The notes under the pieces were generated by a model, which saw only the letters and a list, made by a program, of their open reading frames with translations, ran no database searches and was not told where the DNA came from. Of a DNA stretch of 64,000 nucleotides, positions 36,799 through 47,800 are shown piece after piece. The stretch's first letter is position 1, and each line of letters begins with the position of its first letter. The position numbers and the translations under genes were made by a program. The stretch is from a virus. The DNA is taken from the IMG/VR virus record IMGVR_UViG_3300042301_003932; one strand, written 5' to 3'.

Positions 36799-38658
36799 TT
36801 ATACGATTTCACAAGCTCCACCCGCACACGCAGCTTCTCCTCGTAGGTCAGTGTTATCTTGTAACTCAATAACTTTTGTAAGATCAACATCTGTTAATGA
36901 TTTAACTAATCTTTCAAAGTCTTCTTTTGTACAATCTTCAAAAGGTGCTTGTGTGTATGTTCCTCCGTTGTATGGTAATACTGAAAGTCCATTATAGAAG
37001 TCTCTATTATTCCACATCCAATCACCAACTAATTCCCACTCATCTTCTTTAATTGAAACGGTTGCCGATACGTTGTGAGTATTTTGTCCGTTTCTATGTC
37101 CAGGTTTAATCCATTCTTGTGAAACTTTTTTAACTCTTTCTAACATTTGGAATACTGATTCGTGTCTAACAATTGATCCTTCAGGTGCTCTTTGTGGAAT
37201 AGTAATTACCGCGGTGTCATGTGGTCTAAAGTATTCGTCTTCAATCAATTCAGGGTGGTTAATTGCCAAGTATGAATAGATTGATTCATTTTTTCCTACA
37301 CGGATTCTTCTTAGGTAGTAGTCATTATGCCAAGCGTGAATACCTGATGATGTTCCTAATACTAAAGATGATGTTCCTGATGGTTTAACTGTTGTTGTTC
37401 TTGCAGATTTGTTAATTTTAATTAATGATGCAACTCTTTCGTTTTCTTCTTTAACAGCCTTAGCCGCCTTTTTCATATCATAACCCAATACAACACCTGA
37501 ACCGATACCCGTCATACCAACACCAATAAGTGCGTCTTTTTCGGTTGTTCTTTTCCAAATATCTCTTAGGTAATGGAAGTCTGTGTACCCTGCCTGTAAT
37601 GTTCCAATAAATGCTGCAGCTCTAACTCTTTTATCAAAGTCTTCTTGTGATTCAATATCGGAAGCGTTTACCTCACATAAGTTACAGAATTGGAATGGAC
37701 GAAGTGCGATTTCACAACATGGGTTAGTTCCCCAATCTTTATCGTTAGATAAATAGATTCCAGGTTCACCTGCTCCTGATAACTCAATACGTTTCCACAA
37801 ATCCATAAAGAATTCTTTTGTGATTTTGTGACGAAGAAGTACTGCCGAGTTATTTGCTCTACCTCTTTGTGCATTTTGTTCCCACCAACTTCCTGACTTA
37901 CAAGAAATCATTTCTTCATCATCAGCTGAAAATAATGAGATAAGTGCTGCTCTTCTAATACCTCCTGCTAATACTGCATCTGCAATATGACAAACAATAT
38001 CGTGAGTTTCAATTGGTGATAATCTTTCTCCATCTTTTTTGTTATCCAACACTTTTGTTATGTGGTGGATACAATCTTTAAGTGGTTGAGGTCCTGGCGC
38101 CTTACCTCCTGACGTTACAAGCATCGCACCTTTTTGTCTAATATCTGAAAAATCAAAGACAGGTGTTGATGATTTGTAACCTAAATATGATTCCATTAAC
38201 ACTTTAATGGCATCTGCCCATCCTTCAATAGAGTCACCGATTAGGTAACGTCTTGTTCTTTCAGGGTTTGGTTTTTTTATTTCTGGTAGTTTTTCAACAT
38301 GGTGTTTTTGAACTGAGTATCCAACTCCCGTTCCACCTAAAAGTAAAAACATCGTTTCAGAAAATGCGTCTACATGGTCAATTGGCATATATGCACAGTT
38401 GTAGACTCTGTTTGGTGAAATCTCAATTGGTTTACCACCGAATTGTAATGATCTCATTGATGGTAATACTTTCTTGTCGTATACCATTTTATATACCTCC
38501 TCTATCTCATCTTTGATGTGGGGGTACTTACGTTGATGCATTTCTTTGTTACGTGTTACCAACTCTTCCCAAGTCTCTCTCCTGTTCAATTCAGGTTGAA
38601 ACTTAGCGTATTTCATAAAGACAGTAATGTCACTTAATATTTTTTGCGAAATATCCAT
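36799..38658 (-). CDS. nrdJ: class II (adenosylcobalamin-dependent, RTPR-type) ribonucleotide reductase
   Basis: RRETWEE, YNCA, GGIRRAA, TNPCCEI, FCNL, VKPSGT and C-terminal CAGGAC motifs; no nrdB in the window. Confidence 0.92.
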   Translation of the reverse strand: MDISQKILSDITVFMKYAKFQPELNRRETWEELVTRNKEMHQRKYPHIKDEIEEVYKMVYDKKVLPSMRSLQFGGKPIEISPNRVYNCAYMPIDHVDAFSETMFLLLGGTGVGYSVQKHHVEKLPEIKKPNPERTRRYLIGDSIEGWADAIKVLMESYLGYKSSTPVFDFSDIRQKGAMLVTSGGKAPGPQPLKDCIHHITKVLDNKKDGERLSPIETHDIVCHIADAVLAGGIRRAALISLFSADDEEMISCKSGSWWEQNAQRGRANNSAVLLRHKITKEFFMDLWKRIELSGAGEPGIYLSNDKDWGTNPCCEIALRPFQFCNLCEVNASDIESQEDFDKRVRAAAFIGTLQAGYTDFHYLRDIWKRTTEKDALIGVGMTGIGSGVVLGYDMKKAAKAVKEENERVASLIKINKSARTTTVKPSGTSSLVLGTSSGIHAWHNDYYLRRIRVGKNESIYSYLAINHPELIEDEYFRPHDTAVITIPQRAPEGSIVRHESVFQMLERVKKVSQEWIKPGHRNGQNTHNVSATVSIKEDEWELVGDWMWNNRDFYNGLSVLPYNGGTYTQAPFEDCTKEDFERLVKSLTDVDLTKVIELQDNTDLRGEAACAGGACEIV

Positions 38659-38682
38659 TTTATTTTAATTTAATAATTTATT

Positions 38683-40065
38683 TTAAGATTCTTGTTGTTC
38701 TTTTTGTTTTTTTCTTTCTAACAGTTCCTTAATTCTGTTCCTATTCTTTTCTTCTTTTTGTTCCTCGTGGCCAAGGAATGTAACACTTTGTTCAGTATCT
38801 ATATCTAACATACCGTTATCAAACTTACAATTTTCAAAGATAATTCCATCTTTACCAATTCTTGATTTGGTTATTGCGATGGTTGCTAAATTCATTTCTT
38901 TTTGTTGTAATGATTTTGCTACCGTAATAATAACGTGGCCAACTTGCGCTTTTTTAATTGATCCACCCATTTGATCTGTTGTTACAACCTCTGATGATAT
39001 TGAGTTTCTATTACCTTGAGTTGCTGTCCACCCTGCGATGTCTAATTCGTGACACATCGCTTCAAACCCTCTCATTACTGAACCTTCAGATTTCCATTCA
39101 TCACCTAAGTTCTTGTCCGGTACAACACAATCAATATAATCTAAAATAATCATATCAACTTTTGTTCCTTCGGCAATCATTTTTCTAACTTGATTTTTAA
39201 TCTGATTCATGGTTACAGTATCGGATGCCAACTTTTTCATAATCAACTTATTTTTTCTTGTTGTTTGAATCTGTTTAACTTTTTCCATTACCTCTCCCTT
39301 ATTTTCAGTTAAATCGTCAGGGTGAATTCCAGTCCAAAGTGTAATGTGTTTTCTTTGGATAATTTTTGGGTTGTCCTCAAAAAATATTTGAAGAACGTTG
39401 TAACCCAAATTAAATGCGTGGTTTGCAATCTTGGTTGTGAATGTTGATTTACCAACACCGGTAGGGGCTAAAATAACGCCAATTTCTCCTTTGGCTAATC
39501 CTCCTTTTAATAAATTATCAATACCGGGGACCCCAATAGGAATTGGGTGTCTGTAATCATCATCTAATACCTCGTCAAGGTTAAAAAACACATCTGTCGT
39601 ACCCTTATCCACTTCTCCAACTTGTAGTGCTCCCCTTACCATTTCTTCTAACTTATCGTAACTTTCAAAATCACCTTTGTCGATGATTGATTGCGCTTTT
39701 GTCATTACTTTTTGGAGCTCCTGTTGTTTACAGAATTTAAGGGACTTCTCTTGAACAAATATAGATCCTTCATCTGAAACGTTCTTAACCTGTTCTAATG
39801 TGTCTAAAATGCTCTTTTGAGCCATAGGTGAACTGATTTCAGATTTACTTAATTGTTCTATGGTGTCAAATGTAGGTGTATGCTCATATTTTGAATAATA
39901 TTCTTTGATCATTTGACAAATAATCTTGAAATATTGGTTATCAAAATAATGAGGATCAATAACTTCAATTATGGAATTAGAGAAATCTTTGTATGTAATT
40001 ATGTTATTTAGTAATTGAATTTGAAAAGTATTTCCTAAGTATCCGAAGTTCTTTTTGTCTGACAT
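38683..40065 (-). CDS. dnaB: replicative helicase (DnaB / T4 gp41-like)
   Basis: APTGVGKS Walker A, FFED, ILDYID, WTATQGNR and KSRIG motifs. Confidence 0.92.
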   Translation of the reverse strand: MSDKKNFGYLGNTFQIQLLNNIITYKDFSNSIIEVIDPHYFDNQYFKIICQMIKEYYSKYEHTPTFDTIEQLSKSEISSPMAQKSILDTLEQVKNVSDEGSIFVQEKSLKFCKQQELQKVMTKAQSIIDKGDFESYDKLEEMVRGALQVGEVDKGTTDVFFNLDEVLDDDYRHPIPIGVPGIDNLLKGGLAKGEIGVILAPTGVGKSTFTTKIANHAFNLGYNVLQIFFEDNPKIIQRKHITLWTGIHPDDLTENKGEVMEKVKQIQTTRKNKLIMKKLASDTVTMNQIKNQVRKMIAEGTKVDMIILDYIDCVVPDKNLGDEWKSEGSVMRGFEAMCHELDIAGWTATQGNRNSISSEVVTTDQMGGSIKKAQVGHVIITVAKSLQQKEMNLATIAITKSRIGKDGIIFENCKFDNGMLDIDTEQSVTFLGHEEQKEEKNRNRIKELLERKKQKEQQES

Positions 40066-40103
40066 ATTTTATAAGTTTTGTTCCTTGTTTTAGATAAATA
40101 TAG

Positions 40104-40556
40104 TTAAGCGAACGAATAATTAAGGTACTGATAAGATAAATTTTTCTCTGATAAAATGTCAGTTAATTCTCTTAAAATGTTTTTTATGTCTGGGCGTATA
40201 TCCAGTGTATATCTCACCTTTGGTGGGTATAGTTTCGCATCAATAATTCTATGACAAATTGTCTTATTTCCGACCTTTAAGATTATGTTAAATATCTCAG
40301 GTCCATCTGTGTTTGATGTTTCTAAAACGCTTGGATCCTCTTCAATCTGGTATCTATTGTCTAACATATATACCATACACTTGTTTCTCAATTTTGTTTG
40401 AAGTGACTCAGATAGATACTTAATGTACTCATATAATTCAACTGAATTTTCAGCCTTTTCATGATAACCTTTTACATTAAAGAATCTTTGTACCACAAAA
40501 TTGTTGTTAAGTGTAATCAGAAACTCAACCTTTGTTACATCATTCTGCTCTTTCAT
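40104..40556 (-). CDS. hypothetical protein
   Basis: 150-aa ORF between the exonuclease and helicase. Confidence 0.75.
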   Translation of the reverse strand: MKEQNDVTKVEFLITLNNNFVVQRFFNVKGYHEKAENSVELYEYIKYLSESLQTKLRNKCMVYMLDNRYQIEEDPSVLETSNTDGPEIFNIILKVGNKTICHRIIDAKLYPPKVRYTLDIRPDIKNILRELTDILSEKNLSYQYLNYSFA

Positions 40557-40560
40557 AATT

Positions 40561-41568
40561 TTACTTTTTTGTTTTAAACTTTGTTTTTTCTTTTCTTGTT
40601 AACTTTAAAAATGGTTTTAAAAAATATACCCACTGATCGTCACCTTTCGGTAGGTATTTAAATAATCCGTCGTCCATCATCATCCGAATTAGATTCTTAT
40701 AACCTCTTCCGTCAGGATCCAATGACTCAGAGTAATAAGAGTGTACCAATTCTTTTCCTTCTTCACTAATTAGTGGTTCCGATAAATCCACAATCTTTTT
40801 ATTGATTTCAAAAAACTCGTCACCAAAAATACCTTCTTTTGTTTTACCCGTCAGTAAATTTTTAAGTGCGGTATTATCTTTTTGTTCTTTTAGAAGTTCT
40901 TCACCTCTCGTTAAAATATCGGTAAAAGAAACTTCTCTTTCAAGTAGCTCAGGAAATAATTTAACAATAGTCTTCTCACCTAAGTAATAGATTCCATCTA
41001 TATTATCCGATTTATCACCAGATATTATCTTGAATGTTTTTACGTTATAGTGTGGGATTTCTATTTCGTGTAGTTTAATCTTATCTCCGTTCTTATAATA
41101 CTTTTTGGTATTAGGTGAATAGATTGTAACATCTTCAGAGATAAGCTGTGTGAGGTCTCTATCTCCACTAAAAATGGTTTTATCTTCGTCTTTTGAAATT
41201 TTGCAATAATATGCGATGAGGTCATCGGCTTCAGAGTTTTCAAATTCAACTTGTCTAACAAACATTTCTTCCAAGTATTCTTTTACTCTTTGTTTTTGTT
41301 TGTTAAATGATTGTTCTTTAAAATCTTCTGTAACCCCTTTTCGGTTAAGTTTGTATTTTGGGTAGATTAACCTTCTTTGTGAAGTACTTGTTTCTCCATC
41401 CCAAAATACAACAACCTTGTTGAAGTTTTCGTCTTCTATGAACCTACGTAATGTGTTAAGGAAATGCCAAATACCTCCTACGTGTTCCGTACCGTTAAAG
41501 TAATCTTTAACTCCGTGAAATCCAATTTTTAATAAATTATTCCCGTCTACTAATAGGGTTTTTGTCAT
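40561..41568 (-). CDS. 5'-3' exonuclease / flap endonuclease (T4 RNase H-like)
   Basis: LLVDGNN, WDG, YKLNR, EADDLIA, SGDRDLTQL and GDKSDNIDG motifs. Confidence 0.92.
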   Translation of the reverse strand: MTKTLLVDGNNLLKIGFHGVKDYFNGTEHVGGIWHFLNTLRRFIEDENFNKVVVFWDGETSTSQRRLIYPKYKLNRKGVTEDFKEQSFNKQKQRVKEYLEEMFVRQVEFENSEADDLIAYYCKISKDEDKTIFSGDRDLTQLISEDVTIYSPNTKKYYKNGDKIKLHEIEIPHYNVKTFKIISGDKSDNIDGIYYLGEKTIVKLFPELLEREVSFTDILTRGEELLKEQKDNTALKNLLTGKTKEGIFGDEFFEINKKIVDLSEPLISEEGKELVHSYYSESLDPDGRGYKNLIRMMMDDGLFKYLPKGDDQWVYFLKPFLKLTRKEKTKFKTKK

Positions 41569-41588
41569 TTCTGTAAATTACAGGGTTC

Positions 41589-42596
41589 TTACTCAACTTC
41601 TTCTTTTTCTGCCTTTAAATCAAAGTCACCATCAACACCGATGATTTCTTTCCAATACTCAGCATAATCTTTTTTGTATTGTTCAATGGATGCCTTTTCT
41701 TCAGACGCTTCTTTACCTGGTAAAAATCCATGTGGTGTTACAATAATTTTACCGTCTTCAAATCCAAGTCCATTGATGTGGTTTTTCATTACAGACACCT
41801 TTGTTCTTGAAGCAAACTTTACTGTACGTTTGTCTTTAGTTGCGGTAATCTTTGTTGTTCCTGCCCCTTTTTGGTTTCCAAATAAGAAAACTAAAGATGA
41901 ATTTAACCAAATCGCTTCTCCGCCTTTTGCTTTAATCTTTGGTTGTCCAAATGGATTATCAGGTAATTCTACCCAAGGCTGATTAACAATAATCAAAGTG
42001 TTTTCATATTTAGAATCTGCTTTACGAGACCCTGAAATGCGTTGGTTGATTCCCATTCCAATCTTGTCGGCTAAAACACTTGCATTGTGTTGTTTACCTC
42101 CTTTACCTTCATAAGTCATCTTACAAGGAACAGAACCAACTGAATCCCACATGATACATAATGAATAATCTAAATCACCTTTTTCTTGTGCATCTAACAA
42201 ATCATTAATGTAATCTGTAATTTGTTCAATGTAATCAAAGTTATTATTAAAGATATAAAAACCATCCCATTCTAACTCACCTGTTTCTGTATCAACAACT
42301 TCATCACATTCAAACCCCATTAGTTTTGCGTGTTCAAAGGACCATTTTTGTTCAGTAATAATGAATACAGGAAGGACTCCTTTCTTTTGAGCATCAACCG
42401 CAGTCTTTACTAATGCAGTTGTCTTACCTGTATCACTATGTCCTAAAAACATATTGATGTGTCCCATTGCTGGTCCCGGTAATCCAACAGCATCTAAGAA
42501 TGGTTCACCCAAATCAAAAAACCTTTGTGGTTTATATTTTGCTGATGTGGAAAACTTCTTCTTTAATGAACTAAAATCATTCTTTTTAATTGCCAT
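41589..42596 (-). CDS. recA: RecA/UvsX-like recombinase
   Basis: GHSDTGKT Walker A, TEQK, WDSVG, IVNQ, GGEAIW and KNH motifs; likely start ATG 42596. Confidence 0.9.
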   Translation of the reverse strand: MAIKKNDFSSLKKKFSTSAKYKPQRFFDLGEPFLDAVGLPGPAMGHINMFLGHSDTGKTTALVKTAVDAQKKGVLPVFIITEQKWSFEHAKLMGFECDEVVDTETGELEWDGFYIFNNNFDYIEQITDYINDLLDAQEKGDLDYSLCIMWDSVGSVPCKMTYEGKGGKQHNASVLADKIGMGINQRISGSRKADSKYENTLIIVNQPWVELPDNPFGQPKIKAKGGEAIWLNSSLVFLFGNQKGAGTTKITATKDKRTVKFASRTKVSVMKNHINGLGFEDGKIIVTPHGFLPGKEASEEKASIEQYKKDYAEYWKEIIGVDGDFDLKAEKEEVE

Positions 42597-42882
42597 TTTC
42601 TTCTCCTTTTTGTTCATTTAAAACTTTTAACATGTCTTCAGTGATTTCAAATTTCTCATCTCTTTTAACATTATACTTGTAAATTGTTTCCAACATTTCA
42701 AGTTTATCTTTTGCGTTTGTCATCTTTTCAACAAACTTATCCATTTCTTCTAAATGTTGTGGGTGTTCACCAATACCAACAGGGTTATTGAAATAAATTA
42801 AAAGTGTTGCTTCGGCTTCAGCCATTTCTGACCTATATTTCAAGGTCAGGGCTTCATACATTTTTTGTGATATCTTATTCAT
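42586..42882 (-). CDS. hypothetical protein
   Basis: 98 aa, helical; contains VGIGEHPQHLEEMDK. Confidence 0.75.
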   Translation of the reverse strand: MNKISQKMYEALTLKYRSEMAEAEATLLIYFNNPVGIGEHPQHLEEMDKFVEKMTNAKDKLEMLETIYKYNVKRDEKFEITEDMLKVLNEQKGEENGN

Positions 42883-42892
42883 TACTTAAATA

Positions 42893-43744
42893 TTAAAATG
42901 GTAATTCTTCTGATGGTTCATCATCTGCTTGTGGGTCAACGATTGGTGTATCTTCTTTTTTTGCTCCACCTAAAGAAATCTCAGCCTCATCTCCGTAAAC
43001 ATATTTTTTAAGTTCGGAACTCCACATTGGTGTTTCTCCTACGGCTACGGCCTCTAAATACTCAACAGGTTTTTTAGAATAAACATCTTTCCAAGTTAAC
43101 TCATCTTGTAACCAACCTTCCATGATTTCTTTATCTGTGTGTACAGGTGCTGGATCATCATACATAATTGTTTGAACAACTGTATATTCTTTTCCTTGTG
43201 GTGTTTTTGCTTTTGTTAATTCAATAATAAGGTCTCTTCCTTTTTCTGAATCTGTAACATCTCCTTTTGCTTTCCAAATAGGGAGGATTTTATCTAACAC
43301 ACCTTCTTGTTTGTAATTGTGTTTAAATCTCCAAAATTTAACTCCGTCTTGTTCGTTATCTCTATCAATAACCTTTACAATGTAAAATAAACGTGAACGG
43401 TATTGAGATGCCAATTCTTTATCTTCTTTTTTACCTGTAGAAATTAATTCGTTATAAACTTCAGTAAGTGGTGATCTTTCGTTGTCATTTTTTTCAGGGT
43501 CGTACAACTTAACCCACTGCCCATTTACTTGAATTTCGTGATACCAAACTTCAACAAATGGTGATGAGCCGTCTTTTGTAGGTAAAACTCTGATTCTTTT
43601 TTGTGCAGATTTTTCATTTTTTTGAAGAATTGCTGAAAAATACTTTTTCATTCTGTCTTCTTGTGAGATGTTTTGTCTCGGTGAACCACTTGGTTGTGAG
43701 TTCTTTTCGTACTGTGCAAGTACTGCGTCAATTGAATTTGCCAT
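42893..43744 (-). CDS. ssb: single-stranded DNA-binding protein (gp32-like)
   Basis: IRVLP..DGSSPF..WYH, KFWRF, GRDLII and an acidic tail ending EELPF. Confidence 0.85.
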   Translation of the reverse strand: MANSIDAVLAQYEKNSQPSGSPRQNISQEDRMKKYFSAILQKNEKSAQKRIRVLPTKDGSSPFVEVWYHEIQVNGQWVKLYDPEKNDNERSPLTEVYNELISTGKKEDKELASQYRSRLFYIVKVIDRDNEQDGVKFWRFKHNYKQEGVLDKILPIWKAKGDVTDSEKGRDLIIELTKAKTPQGKEYTVVQTIMYDDPAPVHTDKEIMEGWLQDELTWKDVYSKKPVEYLEAVAVGETPMWSSELKKYVYGDEAEISLGGAKKEDTPIVDPQADDEPSEELPF

Positions 43745-43782
43745 AGATTTTTGTTTTTAATTTTTAACTCTTTTATCTATAA

Positions 43783-43813
43783 CAATTATAAGTGAATTTG
43801 GTAGAATGTCAAA
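43783..43813 (-). promoter_or_regulatory. host-type promoter for the replication operon
   Basis: Minus strand TTGACA-16nt-TATAAT; also reads TTTG-19nt-TATAATTG (Bacteroidota-like). Confidence 0.7.
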
Positions 43814-43814
43814 T

Positions 43815-43839
43815 AAAAAAGGGACCTTGTTGGTCCCTT
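43815..43839 (-). terminator. intrinsic terminator
   Basis: Minus strand AAGGGACC-aacaa-GGTCCCTT followed by TTTT. Confidence 0.8.
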
Positions 43840-43845
43840 ATATTT

Positions 43846-44586
43846 TTATAAAAATCTACGTCTTCTTTTGTAATTTTCTTTTATATTTTCTTCATCTTCT
43901 TCTGAATCATAAATATTAAAAGTTTTTTTAATTTCATTAGGTGAAAAACTTTCTACATCATCGGAAGTTAAAACATATTCATTTTTACCTGACTTTTCCA
44001 TGTCCATTTTTTTATCATCAAAAAAATCTGTTAATTTTTGATTGTATGGGTAAGAATCTAAAGATCTTAACTCTAACTTTTCTTCAGGTGTTTTTTCTCT
44101 ATATTTATCAAATTTATTTTCTAAACTATCTATTTTATTTAAAAGTTTATCCATGTTTTCCAACTTAGATGTTAAATCATCTAATTTTGAAAAAATACTA
44201 TCCATAAATTCTTCTTGTTTAGATTTAATTTCTTGTTGTGCAGTTACTAAATCAGTAATGTCAATTTCTTCGGTTTCGTCCTCACCTTCTCCTTTATCTT
44301 CTCCTCCAACTTCTTCAACGTCAGGATCATTTGGTACGTCAACAGGTTCCGGTATTTCTTCTCCGCCTGCTGGTGGTGCACCTGCGTCTCCTCCCGCCGG
44401 TGGTGCTCCCGCTGCGGGATCTCCAGCTGGCGGCACTCCTGCGGCTGCAGGATCTTCGGCAGGTGGCGCACCTGCGGCTGCAGGGTCTTCAGGTGGTGGT
44501 GGTACATCACCTTGTTCTTTGATTATGTAATTATTAATTTGATTAAATCTTCTGATCTCTGCTAGTATTTTTGATTCTAAATTCAT
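43846..44586 (-). CDS. acidic Pro/Ala-rich coiled-coil protein (possible head core/scaffold-type)
   Basis: N-terminus ...IIKEQ, then DPAAAGAPPA repeats (GC-rich island ~44340-44500), an acidic tract and a coiled coil. Confidence 0.6.
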   Translation of the reverse strand: MNLESKILAEIRRFNQINNYIIKEQGDVPPPPEDPAAAGAPPAEDPAAAGVPPAGDPAAGAPPAGGDAGAPPAGGEEIPEPVDVPNDPDVEEVGGEDKGEGEDETEEIDITDLVTAQQEIKSKQEEFMDSIFSKLDDLTSKLENMDKLLNKIDSLENKFDKYREKTPEEKLELRSLDSYPYNQKLTDFFDDKKMDMEKSGKNEYVLTSDDVESFSPNEIKKTFNIYDSEEDEENIKENYKRRRRFL

Positions 44587-44600
44587 TTTGTTAAAAAGTT

Positions 44601-44825
44601 TTAACCATTCAATAATGTTTTAACTCCCGTAGGTGTCTCAACTTTTAATGTTCTGTTTGTTTTTACGGTATTGTCGTATCTTTCAATAAGCCCATCTTTC
44701 ATTCTAATTGTATAACAATCACCAGTATCTAAATCACAAACTTCTTTATATCCATTTTCTGTTTGTCTTTCTGTTATACGAGTATCTTTTCTAAGATATT
44801 CGTCTAAAATTCTTTTTACGTTCAT
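44601..44825 (-). CDS. hypothetical protein
   Basis: 74 aa with CDLDTGDC; TATTTAT motif upstream. Confidence 0.7.
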   Translation of the reverse strand: MNVKRILDEYLRKDTRITERQTENGYKEVCDLDTGDCYTIRMKDGLIERYDNTVKTNRTLKVETPTGVKTLLNG

Positions 44826-44867
44826 AGTGTTTAATTTTATATATAAATATATGCTTATTTGTAAAAT

Positions 44868-47800
44868 TTAAAAATAATTTTCAGCAATCTTAACCACGTT
44901 AATATAGGAATCAAATGAGTCTTGTGTAATTGTTCCCTTACTTAAATTTAAATCTATGTAGTTTTTGATGTATTCCGCGTTTAACTGTTCAATAACATTA
45001 GGGGTTGCCGGATCATCCGCAATTAATATTCCTGCCTCCCATATTGTTATTACAAATTCTGAAATACCACTATAAAACGCGTTTTGATCATTACCATTTA
45101 ACTCAATCAATCTTGGTAGTACTAATATTGGTTGGGTCAAATATGAAGATGCAATTTTTATAGAATCGGTTTCGGCACTAAACGAAAATAATGGTGTCGG
45201 CACGTCTGAGTTATTAACACAAATTAATTCTGAAAATTCAGGTCTATTTCCATTATTTTTATTTACCGCATTTATTTCAAAATAGTTATTATTTAATGGC
45301 TCAATTGTTCCTGAACTTTCAGATTGGTTTAAAGGTCTTGTCAATGCAATCGTAAATAATGTTATTTTTAAATTTCTATCATTTTGATTATTTGTTGGTC
45401 CTAATGTATCATTTATCAAAACCTTTAAATCTTCAAAAGTTAAAGTTTTTTTATCTACTTGAACAAATGGGAATGTTTTATAATCAGCATTTACTATTTG
45501 TTCACAAGCACTTTGATCTGACAATAAACCTTCTTTTTCTAGTTTTTGTTGTTCTGGATCTAATATTGATTCATAATTTTCAGGTTGTCCCTCTGTGTTT
45601 TTTCTTTCTAATATTTTTGCTTTATATTTTTGTAAGTAATTTGCCTTAACATATGTTCCTAAACTTTCAGGTTGTGGTAATGCGTATTTAGGCATTCTTG
45701 AACCTGTAAAATCAGTCGTAAATTCACCACCACTACTTAACTGATGACTTACCTTAAATATTAGATATGGTCCATAAAATAAAGGTACATGTCTTAAATT
45801 AAAATACATCATAGGTTGTATCATTGCATTAGACATACTATTCACAGTACATGTATATGATAATGATTTGTAAAACGAATATAATGAAGCGGTTTGTTGA
45901 TTTATTCTATCACCACTAGCACTATTAGCCAAATTATCTCTAACCATAAATGTTGCCGCTGTGTTTTTTTTGTCTTGCATCCCAACACTTATATTTTTAA
46001 ATATATTTTGATTTCTTATACCAAAGTCAACATTAAACCCTACCACTTTATTTGATAAAGATTTATTTTGTTTACCGTCTTGTTTTCTGTTTGGGTTTGT
46101 TGTTGGATTTCTAAAATCGTAACTATCATCTCCGTATAATACAAAACTGTTATCATTTTGTCTTGGTTTTTCCGATTCTTTACCTGTGTAAACACATAAA
46201 AACTTTGCTGTTGAATTTATATAATCTACGTTTGTCCAAGTACCAAATAAACTATTAGCCGGATCAATGTCTACCGCTTGAGGATTTTTTGATGGGTTTT
46301 GTATACCATAAAAATTAATGTAAGCCGGTAAAGAAAAAAAGATCATGTTACTACATAACTCCAACAAGTAACCAATTATTGAATATATATCGGTTCCTCC
46401 GTCACTTTTAAAAAGATCTCTTACGTCTTCTAAATTTATTTGTATCTTATCTCCAATATCATTATTTGCGGTATCATGAAATAAAAAATCTTCAAATAGT
46501 GTTTTGGTTTGAAAGTCAGTACCTGAAATCCACTTATCATTTAATGTTTGAAATACATTATACAAAGACAATTTGGTTGTTTCACCTTCTACTGTTGCAT
46601 TTGAATTGGTTTTTGTTTTTTTGTTAGGTAAGTTTTTATTTAAATACAATGATACTTCTGAAATTATATTATCGTCAACCAAACTTAGGTCATCTAAAAA
46701 TGCTTTAAGTTGTTTTGTAAAAGTTTGACCATTGTATGGTAAATTTTGTTTTAATTTTTGTTGTTTTTGTGTTGCGTATATTCTGATGAGTGGATATAAT
46801 GTTTTTATATTATCTTCTGAGAATTTAATATTCATATCTATAAAAAAATCAGTAAACGTGGAACCCGTATTAGTGTAGTTGCAACCACTGATAGTTGAAA
46901 AACCAACATATTTTAACATAGTTTTCCATTCATTATTATAGCTTACCCTACTTTGGGTTAATGATATTGTTTGTCCGGCACCAGGTAATGTGTTTATCTC
47001 ATATGGTTCAAAAACAAATGGGTCAACAGGATTTCCTGGTTCATTCAATATACTGTTAAATAACCTTCTATCAAAATTTCCAGCATTTCCCATTTTAAAA
47101 ACACAATCAAACTCCATAAATTTTTTAATACCTAACGACATGTTGGCTAATTGTCTTTTTGCCAATTCATAGGCATCTTGGTTTTCTTGGTTAACTAATT
47201 CAACGTCATTATCTCTAACTAAAAAAATGTTTTTAATTTGATCAAATAATCTTCTTTCTTTTATATTTTTTATTTTATTTGTACTTGTATATGTTGGGCT
47301 TGTTTGTTCTTTTTCTAAAAAAAGAATATCGTTTGCGGTTGGGTTTGGTTCACAAAAACCTAAAAACACCTTTTCAAAAAAGTCTAAGATTTCAGGTTTA
47401 AATATTGAAAACATATCTTCCACTGTTTTGGACATCAGTTCTTTCCCAAAATTTAAATATTCATAATACTCAGGTTTTTTAATTAAATCGTTATCATAAT
47501 ACCCAAATTGTGGTGCTCCCCAAAAAGACCTTACAGAACCATTATACATTGCCGGATTATTAATCACTTCAATTTTTAGTTTGTCGTTAACATCAAAACA
47601 CTCAAATACTGTTTGGTTGATTTTTATACCTCCATTTGAAGGTATAAGTAAATGTGTTTTGTAACTTTTATCAATCAGTGGGTCTTTATCAAATGTGACG
47701 TATTGAAAATATGGTTTAATAATAATAGCTCTTGCGTTATCGTTTGGGTCTCCACTAAAATTCATAAAATAAGAGGCATTAGTGTTTGATCCAATTTTTA

